Below, piece after piece: positions 53,446-64,000 of a DNA stretch of 64,000 nucleotides. This DNA comes from Yuukianura sp. NJ FZ-2021. Lineage: Eukaryota. Under the pieces are notes generated by a model. The model saw nothing but the letters and a program-made list of their open reading frames with translations. It did no database searches and had not been told where the DNA came from. Within the stretch, counting starts at the first letter, position 1, and every line of letters begins with the position of its first letter. The translations under genes were made by a program, and so were the position numbers. The stretch spans positions 5,456,001 to 5,520,000 of the forward strand of contig CM102288.1 in assembly GCA_046563655.1 (NCBI GenBank), given 5' to 3'.

Positions 53446-56400
53446 CACATTTTGATCAGCTTGTTTTGACCATATTACAGTAACCTTTAATAACCTTATT
53501 ATTAAGAAATTAATAGTGTCATTTCAAACTTCTTTCGCATTTGTTTTTTTTTTTGGCTCTGCGAAAAGTGCTATCAAACTCAAAAGTTTCAAATTTCAGA
53601 GTAAAACTTAAAACGAAAATGTACTTACGAGTTCCGCGTTAGTATATGGAAAAGTACCAAATGGTTCCTTTTTGCCCTTTTGAATGTCCACTCATAAATC
53701 ACTGAACTAACAATAAAAATCCATAATCACTTTGGTCACTTGTTTCGAAAAGCCGATTTTTATTGCATTTTTATTGAGAAACACTTTTTGCACACCGATT
53801 GGGGCACCTTGAGAATAATACTTTTCAGTTGTCGGACAGTTGAATGTAGTTGTTGTGTCTGTCTGACGATGATAACTGCATACTAAAAATTTTATTTTGA
53901 TAAACTCAATGTAAGTTTGTGCTACGGGACTCTTCCTTCGTTTTGCACACCCCTTGTTTTAGTCCAAATAAGACACAACGCGAGGGCGGTTCTGTTTTCG
54001 CAAAAGAAAACTTTCACTTTAAAGTGGTGGATCCGTTACACGGAATTCACACACTCCACATCCTAAATTATAAACATTTAAATACCAACAACTTAACAAA
54101 ATAATCAGTTTTTACACACACGCATTTATGCAAAAAAAATTTTTTTCAACTTTTGTCAACCAATGATTAAATTCTTTAATTCACTTTAAAGAACAAAACT
54201 GATTTAACAATAGAACTAGCAAAGCTTCTCTCAGTTTGTTATTATGACGATGACTTAATTTGGACGAAAGTGAGAGTGTGGGGAATACCTGTTCGAGGCA
54301 GTAGGATTCGATCACACGTCATCCAACATGCAAATTTGGGTGCAAAAATATTGCAACAGCTCAACCCTTTCGCTTCTGGCTTGTCCGTCCTTGTGGAGAT
54401 GACTGACCCCTGGCCGACTTTAAACTCAATTAACACAAACAATTGCTTTTAAAAACCAGGATGAGTCCTGGCATCCTGGCATGACGATTATGAAGTATCT
54501 TTGTTTTCATTTTTTCAAATAGTTTTGCACAGAAACAGGAAATTTCTGTGAAATGAAACTTTTATTAGAGAGCGTTTAGTATTTTAAGTGATGGTTTTAT
54601 TTTTGGTTTGATTTTGTTTTAGATTTGTGGCGATGGCGTTCCGTAATTATCAAAAAAGATTCAATCGGAGCGAAAAAAGATTCAAGTACTTCGGAAGTGT
54701 CGAGAAGATGTACGTTTGCGACAAGGTAAGTTATTGTTTTCCCATTCTATACACACCTCCATGTAGTAAACAGATTAAATAAAACTATACATTCTACATA
54801 CAAATCAGTTTTATGACACATTTTGTTACACAAATTAAGAAAAATTTTGAATCAGAGATATTGGTGACACTTGGTGGCGGAAAACCTTCTTTATGGAACT
54901 CGTGCAACACGTTTTGAAGAGAATGTTTGAAATGCTATAACCTAATTGTGACTATGGACGAGGAATACTCCACTTTGCCGTAATTTGCCCGTTATCGATT
55001 ATAGAAGTATATTGTTATGCCATCCTAGCTTATCTATACCATTATAGTGTAAGTGCGTGTGGTTTTACATTATATACTGCTTTTTATTCACTAGTAGTTG
55101 GTTAAATTTACTAAGCAGTAGCAGGTACTATGTTTTTATCCAAAAAAAAAGCCTCGCGTTCCGAAAAAACTTGAACGCAAACCCACCAATCCGCCAATTA
55201 TAAGGGCGTTCACGCCGTAGTAAAACTTAATGCTATCCCGACAAACTCCACCGTGCTGCCTTGACAACGCCGATACATTGAATAGTTAGACTTTGTTTGA
55301 GGGTTTTAACACAGGGTTAATCCTTAAACTTTAGTTTTTGCGGGAAAATTCACTTGCCCACGCAACGTTAATTCATATTGAGTACAAACCGATCCATATA
55401 CCACCTCACCGGACGTATAAGATTTTTTTTTTTGTTGGTTATTGCCGCTCCCTTCAGGCTCGCAGCCTATGGAGCCATATAAAGTTACATATTAACAGGA
55501 TCTTCTGGAGTTTGGTTTGTACATTATTGGACAGTGCAGACTGGGTGGGTATGCAAAGCCAAAAGTAATGAAACAAAAGGTTCAAAGGTAATACATTTCA
55601 AAATGATGACATTTTATTTTATGTAATTTTTTGGCTTATTCAAATATACCAAATAAGAAGTTTTAAAAAAGCTAAACTTAGCTGTAAAATTTGTATATAG
55701 CCATTAATTAAGTATTGCAAAATCCAATATGCAGTGTGAAAGTTCTAGAGCTTAAAGAGTATTAATTGTCAATAGGCTCAAAGATGATAGTATTGGCAAT
55801 TTTATGTCTTACGTCATCTAAACTTTAGCTGGGTAGTTCAATTAGAACTCCAAATTTTTAGGACAGGAAGCAAAAGAAATGTGATGAATAGATGAGCCAA
55901 AAAGGGCTGATGTTTTCGCTCACTGGAATTCCAAATACGGATGGTGGATGATAAGTCAGCAACAATATTGAGGACAAAGGATTTGAAGAAAAGAATGCCA
56001 GTTTTTATATTTCTCAGTGATTTTTCTGGTCTAAACCAACAAATTCAAACTACAACACATATAGTAAATATCAACAACTCAAAGTTAACTTTTTACAATT
56101 CCAAATGTAAATTTTCACTTTTAATCAACTTTGTCTGAAATATCATCTGCGTATTAATTATTCTCATTCGATCAAATTTATGTTTCGGCATATGTAATTT
56201 TGTTTATGTAAAAGTACAATGAGGTACGGTATCTTCACTCACCTGGTCATGCTGGAATCCTTATATCTTCTGCTATCGCCGTTTCGATCTCATGCATGGA
56301 TAGAAAAATATCATACGCCACTATTTTCATTGTTATACAATATACATTGTATTATACATTACATATAGTTTGGCGCAAGTGACCTGGAGAACTTCACGAG

Positions 56401-57657
56401 CCTTCAAATTTTATTTAAAAAATCCAAAATGACATGCGTATATCTGATGGAAGTTCAGTTAGCCAAACATGGAAAATTTTGTATAGTTGATAAATTACCT
56501 GAACCGTAACGGTTTGTACTAGATCTGCACAGCATGTTATAATTCTTCCTATCTCTTGCACGTTGTGAGTGATAGAATATAACAGAAGAACCGTTACCCA
56601 CAACATCAGCATCGGCTTCATGACACGCAACCCAGCAGTTGAAGTAATTTCCGGAAACGACAGCACGGTGAGGCACCTTGACAGAAATGAACGGGTTCGA
56701 ACGGAACGAACCAACGGGACAGACATTGATCTATAAGAGACTATTATAATGGGTAGTGAACTGTTTAACGTAATGCAGTTGAGCTTTCAGTTGGGTAGGA
56801 GGTCACAAGGCGGGCTAATGGCGATCATGGAAAAGTTAACGCATCTACTAATTAGCGTAACTAAAATGACGTCACCACTACACCCTCATCTCTGTTCTAA
56901 ACTTAATCTAACCATTTTTAACATCTTTACGCACAATACTATTTCTAACAGTAGTTATACGAGCAACTAACATGTTATTAGAATTCGAATCGAACTCCCC
57001 CTCCATGGGCTTTGTGCCCGCAGGGAGGGTAACATATAAATATAAAAAAATACTAATTAGCGCAGAAATTGTTAAGTTACCTAAGGTTCTTGGACGAAAT
57101 GAGAGCTAAAGGTACGACGAGTGAGACAATTGATGTTATCATCATTCTTCACAAGCTGCCGATGTAATTGTACGCGCTGAGGTTACTAAATGCCAACAGC
57201 CAAGTTTTTGCCAATATATACGTATACAATGCACAAGGCCGGATTTGTCCTACCCTTTCTTGGCTTTGCCAGTCATTGGAAGTGCACTTTGTGTAGGTTT
57301 TTTGCAAACATATACGATATGTAGGTAATGGACAACCTGGGGTGGATTTGTTTGTTTACGAACCTTGGATTATCTGCTCAAGTCGTTTTTTCCGAAATTC
57401 CGACAAAAAAAATACAAAGGCGTTTATTGCTTTACCTATCCAGGAAAAACTATTTTCCTATTTACCAAGCGTGACTAACCATGATAATCCAGTTTAGTCA
57501 CTGTTTAGCGAAGGTGAATACCTTTACTTTAGCTTCAAGCTTATACATATATGCGGCTTTCGCGACTTATGTTATAGTACCTGGTGTCAGTAATGGTAAT
57601 CGCAGGGGGTACCAAATAATTCCCGGAGTCATGCGTTGCAGGCAGCATGAGTGTGTT

Positions 57658-59011
57658 GAGGGTGAATCTGCCGATGGATGACAAAATCGAAGTCATCCAT
57701 AACGGTTGCGTTTTTATGCTGGATACTTTTAACACCTTATTATTGTACACATAGACCATATGCAGATAATACTCGTAGTCAATCCCTTTCTCACAATATA
57801 TTTCTTCTGCAGTAGGAATTGAGGTATAAAAAACCTTTACTTTGAAGAATGCTTTAAAGACTTACCTTGGTTTATGCTCCAGGGATGGAGTGTTAACTGT
57901 GTCCTCAAAAATTCGGTAGTCTTCGTTACTTAATGCTTCATTATCGAATTAACTGGCGGTGCTAGTAATTCCTTAGGTTTCGTTGTAAAAATGCCAACCC
58001 AGTCTCGTGCTGATCTATTGGCACCGACGAAGTTCATCGTCGCCAGTCAAAAGGTCTCTGCAAGGGGATCACTGTAAGATGACACTGTCAAAAAAATCCT
58101 CAACCTATGAGGACGGCAAGGTAGATAAGTTTACTTTTTTTTGATTCATTATTTTCCTGATCACCAGCAACTTAAATTGCAAAATTTAAAAAATGACAAT
58201 ATTTTACAAAAGTAGCTGGAACATGTTGTAATACACTATGCTTCAATTGTTAAATATATCACCTTCCGATGCACGCTTCTCACCACGTTGCATGGAAGAA
58301 GAAACCGGACCGTTTGTGCCACCAACCCTAGCGCCGGTGGTCTTTACAGTTCCCGCTTGATATGTGAGACTTAAAATTGACACCAAACCAAGTAGCCAAG
58401 CTGAAAATCGGTGATGGCAAATAGAAGGAATTATCTGTATGTTTAGTTGGAATATGCTTTCTCAATAGAGGAATTGAAATCGTAGGATTAAACTTAGAAC
58501 GCGCGTTTGCAGAGGGTGAATCTGCCGATGGATGACAAAATCTAAGTCATCCACAACGGTTGCGTTTTTATGCTGGATACTTTTAATACTTTCTTATTGC
58601 ACACATAGGCCATATGCAGATTATACTCGTAGTTAATCCCTTTTTCAAAATATATTTCTTCTGCAGTTGGAATTGATATATAGAAAACCTTTACGTTGAA
58701 AAATGCTTTAAAGACTTACCTTGGTTTATGCTCCAGGGGGGATTGTTGTCTGTGTCCTCAAAAATTCGGTAGTCTTCGTGACGTAATGCTTCATTATCGG
58801 ATTAACTGGCGGTGCTAGTAATTCCTTAGGTTTCATCGTAAAAATGCCAACCCAGTCTCGTGCTGGGGTATTGGCACTGACGAAGTTCATCGTCGCCAGT
58901 CAAAGGGTCTCTGCAGGGGGATCACTGTAAAGTGACACTGTCAAAAAAATCCTCAACCCAGGACGGCGGCAAGGTAGATCAAGTTTACTTTTTTTTATTC
59001 ATTATTTTCCT
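57658..59011. repeat. Direct repeat pair, ~500 bp each (57658-58158; 58512-59011), >90% identical, 353-bp spacer
   Basis: Both start GAGGGTGAATCTGCCGATGGATGACAAAATC and end TTCATTATTTTCCT. Confidence 0.93.
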
Positions 59012-61553
59012 CCTTAGAAAACTCTGCGTTTGACCAAACTTTCTTCCGAATATGTGCACTCCTCAAGCAGAAGGCATTCTGTTTAGAAGGTATTCTGTTT
59101 ATTAGAAACCTCCAAAAGGCTTCCCGCGACTACAAAGTCGAGAATACGCAAGTCGGGCGTACCTTGAACTGGGTTCGCATGACGATGAGAAAAAGTTGCG
59201 TGACCTTTAAAGCAATTAACTGAAATTACAAATGGCGAGAGTTACTGTTAAAAATTGGGTTGAGCTTAAAAACGCCGAGCGCTTTCTTGGAACTACCATT
59301 AGCTCGTATTTCTTCTAGTTATACAAATTGTTGAGAACACCGAGCACGAGTAATTACATTCAGCGGAGGGTAGGTTCCGTATATTAATGTGACTGTCACG
59401 TAAGAATTGCTGTAACCAACTGAAATTCAAACAGAAGATTTTTGTTAAAACATGCTTCAGTTCCCTTTTTGGACTGCCTGCCTATCGCCTTCTTTTGCTG
59501 CTCTTCTTTCCACCGAATTTGTGTACTAAACATGGGCAACCTTAATGTAAGAACTGCTAGTTCGAAAACAGCACACAGAAGCATGGTTGTTGCTATGCTT
59601 CGGATGGCACAGGGCTGCCTTGAGATTGGTATCTGGTGGATTTTTTGTGTATAACTAGTTCTAGTAGCGTCTTCTATGAGAAGAGAGGGAGGCACTGCGC
59701 CTTTAAAAGAACAGTGGAATGTGGAGTGGAAAGTGGAATGACCCGGTCATACCGCTCACAACTGGATATAGATTTTTCTTAGTTATTCGTGGCATTCTCG
59801 CTAGTTACTCTAATCTGTAGCTATGTAACCTCTTTACTTCATTAGCCACGAGATTCAAAGCAGGGAGAATTGAGGCCGTAAGATTATTGAGGCACAGTTG
59901 CAAACGGTCAGTTTTAAATGCGTACTGACATTGCCGTTTATACGGTGTGAGTTTTTCCTTCATGAACGCATGCTGCAAAATCCACTGCAAAAAAGAAGTC
60001 AATCTTTTTGTACCTTTAAGCTAAACTTCATTCTTGGTGTCTTATATTGAGATGAAAGCGAAATTGAATGTGGCATTAGGTAAGGCTTGTTGTAAGATTT
60101 GCAATTGCACTGCAAAAATGACATGCTCCCTGTAGCAAAGAATTGCTAAAAAAGGCGGGCCTTATTCAAAATTGCTGTTAATATTATTGCTTTTCCATTT
60201 ACATCCAGTCTCTATTTTGTTAGTGACCACGCCTAGAGTTGCAGTCCATGCTGCGTCAAAATAGGATAATACCACTGTTGTTTTGCATGCTGCTTTTATT
60301 TCATCTCGTATGTAGTAGCTATTCCCAAGTATACGAATTCAAATTTCACATATAAATTGTAGGCTAAAGTGGTAAAACGTTAATATAACTGTCTTTTTCA
60401 CATCGACAAGGAAAGTTGCCGCTTGTTTGCGTAATCAAATTTGTTTTCGGGAACAGCTTTGAAGGCGATGGTTAACAAAGTGATGGCAAATAGAGATCTA
60501 GTTTTGGACTTACGGTATTCACAGGATGTTCCCACTTTAGTTTAAGATTTAGAAATGAAAGTGGAATAAAGCCGGCGCTGTATTTTTCAAAGATATTGGG
60601 TTAACCAAAATGTACTTCAAAGGGAATTGGCGGATTGGTGGTGCACAAGTTACCCAAATATAGGGCCAGTAATATAAGACAAAATTTGAGCTATACCGTT
60701 TCGTTATACATTACTTTCTGGCGGAAGCTAAAGATTTCATATGTATAATATAATATATGACATTAGTAGATATAGCATAATATAGCAAATGGCATTTTCA
60801 AAAAATGTTTACAAATGTTAAAATATATGTAGTTTACATTTATAAGAAAATGGCAGTTAAACAGACCAAATGGCACAACTCAATTCAAAATATGTTTTTA
60901 TCTTATATAATGAACTAGAAATCATTTTTTTTAGAAGTTTAATATATTCAACCAAATAGGTAGAAGTTGTTTAAAATTCCTTAGAAAACTGTTATTACTA
61001 AGTAGGCATTTTCCAAAAGTTCAAAATCTATTTTCCAATCCACAGTTGGTAATTTTTTTTCGATGTTTTCCTAACTACAGTATAATTAAAAATCTGACAT
61101 TTCCGAATCTTACTTTCCTGATGCTTAAATGTCAATTGCAAACATTAACCTGCTATTATGTTTTTTTTTTATTTTAAACGTAATAAAAGCGGAATTTTTA
61201 ATGATAAATAAGTATACGGGCACCTTGTTTTTTTGAGAATTTTTTTTTTCAATTTCTTTGAAACCGATTTTGATGACAAACAATTTTTGAAAAGCCGATA
61301 CTTTTGCCCGCCACTGTATTATCTTCCCCGTAAAGTAAAATTAATTACATACTGCTAAATACTAATCTAAACTGTGCGGTAAAACCCCTCTATTTATCGA
61401 AAGCACTATAAAACCAATATCCTAATACACTAGAACAAGATTTTCGTTTGAAGTCGCAGTTTGAAAAAAGTTGGTTGCGTAGACGCTTTCGGAAATTGAA
61501 AACTCTGAAACCCAAAAACTGATCCCAAAAGAGGAAATAAAAAGAAAGTTAAA

Positions 61554-63164
61554 ATGATTTCAGATTTTGGATTTCGTTCTCTCCAAAATTCAATCCGGTT
61601 CATCTGTTTTTTTCGCATGGCTCCGTACAAGTGGAATGGCGAGACGTGTCAGCTTGAATTTTTGACGTCGTGGTACGACCGTACACTTTACGTTATCAAT
61701 CGTACGGTTGTGTCCTTACTTTCTCTTTTTTCGGCTTTTCGATTTGTCCAATCACTTCTATATCATAATCTACATTCCAAAACTTTGGTTCCGCGAATTG
61801 CTACGATGAATATACTTTGGGGTATGGCATACACTATGTCAGCAATTGCCTACCATCAGTACGATCTCAAGAAACCGAATATCCGCCTTTTTGGAAACGC
61901 TATTCTCAAATGCATACATGAAGATAAAAAAGGTAAAACATAAATTTCCATAAACTTGAAGAAAAAAACTTTTTTGGATTATTTAATAGTTTTGTAAATT
62001 TGTTTTTAAAAAAAATAGAGAGTACTACCGACGTAGTACGTGAACCAAGCTCGGAATTGGACCAGCAGGGTTTCAAGAAACCTACGAAAACCTTGAAAAG
62101 TATGGCGACAAATTTTGATTTGTCGCAAATATACAGAAAACGTGTGCTGTTTTTGAAATTTTTTTTGAAATAGGAATGAGGACAATTCTCGAATTTGAGC
62201 AGAACAAGAACAAGAAGTTTGACTTTTTTTCATGGACGGTTGTACTTTCTGGAGTGATGTTGGTAATCAATCCACCGTTTCATAGCATAATGATGATTGG
62301 TAAGACGAAAAATTTTGACCCGACAATTCAAAAATTCAATTTCAGAAATTCCTTTTTAAAAAGTTATTTCAATATGTTCCGTTGAATGTCCACAGATACT
62401 CCGTGTGCCCCTCATTTTTCTTCTTCCATTTTTTTGAATTGCGGTGACACTCAAGAGGATTCGAATCCATTTGTCCACAAAATTGTTTTCATTTTTATCG
62501 AAACTTATTTCGCGCTCTTAATTTTTCTGTCGCTGTCCTTCAACTGGACGCTGATCTTCGTCGGTCTTGGTTGGATTGAAGCCGAACTCAAAGACATGAA
62601 GCATTCACAAATTTCACAATTTCCAAATTTTAACAGTTTTAAAAATGATGTCTAAACTGATTCATTTTGCTTCATTGCAGTGAGAAATTGCTAAACGAGG
62701 AAGAAAGCGACGTCAGCCTTGTTGGACGTTACAGAAGAATTTCCAGCCTCACTGCTCTTCTCAACGACAGTTTTCGGCTCTACCTGCAGTGGTTCCCCAC
62801 ACTACTCCTCGGAATTGTCTCATTTCTGCTCTACGCATGTATCAAATTCCCCAGCGTCGGTTGGCGTGCATATGGAATGTTTCCGTCTTGTCTCATTCGT
62901 TGTTCATTCGAGTCATTTACGCCGCTCGGACTCGCTGGGCAGGTCAACCAGAATTGCGTTAATTTTCTGGCACATTGGAAACGCGGTAAGGCAGGTCAGA
63001 CAGTGGAGGAGAAGCGACATCGTCGCCAATGTCGCCGAAGTTGCAGGGTGATTCAGTGCACTGCAGGGGGAATGTTCACTTTTGAAAATTCCATTGTTCT
63101 CACGACAGTCAGCAACTGCATTTTACTCACAATGAACCTCCTTCTTTTGAAAAGTTTCAACTAG
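61554..63164 (+). CDS. Gustatory-receptor-like 7-TM chemoreceptor, 4 exons, ~397 aa
   Basis: Exons 61554-61932, 62174-62299, 62396-62600, 62681-63164 join in frame; multiple hydrophobic helices; C-terminal YRRISSLTALLNDSF...AGGMFTFENSIVLTTVSNCILLTMNLLLL resembles the GR/OR-superfamily TM7 region. The third intron needs a GC donor. Confidence 0.72.
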
Positions 63165-64000
63165 ATTTACAAATTATTTCACAAACTGTAAAAGTTTGGG
63201 AATATTTAAAAATTTAAACCCTGATTAGCTAGTTTTAGCAAGAATTGAGTTATTCTAGGAACTTTTGCTGCTTTTCAAGAGGTTGAAATTTCCAAAGAGA
63301 ACTTTCATTCAAACTTGTTATATTTTGCAAATCACCTTTCTCAGAATTTCAGAAATACTAACGTAAGTTAAAGAAGACTCTTTAAAACCAATAAATGTAT
63401 TAGTCCTCACGCCATGACAAACCTTGGTTTTGTTATTCCAATTTTTTTTACAGACGTGCAAGGACTACTACTTGAAATTTGCATCACAAATTTTAAAATC
63501 TGCCAAACAATTTGGGAATTAAAAAAAAAGATTAAAAAAAAAAAAAAAAAAAAAAAAATTGGGAAATGATGTAAATATTAGTAGGTCAATATTAAATCCA
63601 AAAATGTAGACTGAACAAAATTTAAGCATGAAGTTTTTTAGTTCTTAAACTTTCTTAATCAAAATTTTGTTAATTTTACGATGAACTTTCCAGATACAAG
63701 CCTCCACTACACGTACGGCAATAACTACCAAATTGGAATTTATTTTGAAAATAAAATTTAACTGCTCAAATGCGCCTGCGCAACTGACATTGAGTTTGTA
63801 TTTGGCCTTGTTCAACTTTAATGTTCCCTTGGAGTTTCCAAAGAGCTTTAGCTTCAAAAACTCCGTGTGTTGCATCACAATGACAAAGGACCTTAAAAGT
63901 TCCCATCACTTCTGACAGTATATAATTAACTTTTGTAAAATTTCGATTTCCAGTGTATTTCTTGCTTTCAGCACGCAAAAGTTGCAATAACTTGAACTTT

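Noticed and set aside
57658..59011. Canonical LTR retrotransposon or TRIM
   Set aside because: No TG...CA termini, PBS, PPT or TSD found; kept only as a direct repeat.
63520..63558. Poly-A tract as a retroposon tail
   Set aside because: No TSD or upstream SINE/LINE features recognised.

Overview
AT-rich eukaryotic (arthropod) genomic DNA with short GT-AG introns; the divergent intron-poor ionotropic-receptor and GR-like genes suggest a springtail-like hexapod (inference only). No prokaryotic features, CRISPR, rRNA or tRNA are supported. Left to right: (1) the 5' half of a minus-strand klarsicht-like gene (~0.5-19 kb), whose 12.6-kb intron holds a hAT-type MITE with an 11-bp tandem array; (2) a 12-finger C2H2 gene split by a 599-bp near-perfect palindromic element; (3) three tandem divergent ionotropic receptor genes: one intact, one frameshifted by a 301-bp internal duplication, one with a paralog-specific intron containing a MITE; (4) a 13-exon CLIP-type serine-protease homologue (GDGGG, non-catalytic) with a second palindromic element in an intron; (5) an unexplained ~5.5-kb segment with a 17-bp inverted repeat at each end and a 500-bp duplication inside; (6) a 4-exon gustatory-receptor-like gene. 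The most notable signal is the family of ~600-bp foldback elements. Both copies sit precisely in AAA^TTT with no target-site duplication, the signature described for Spy-group (PHIS) transposons. All coordinates and identities were worked out by eye.
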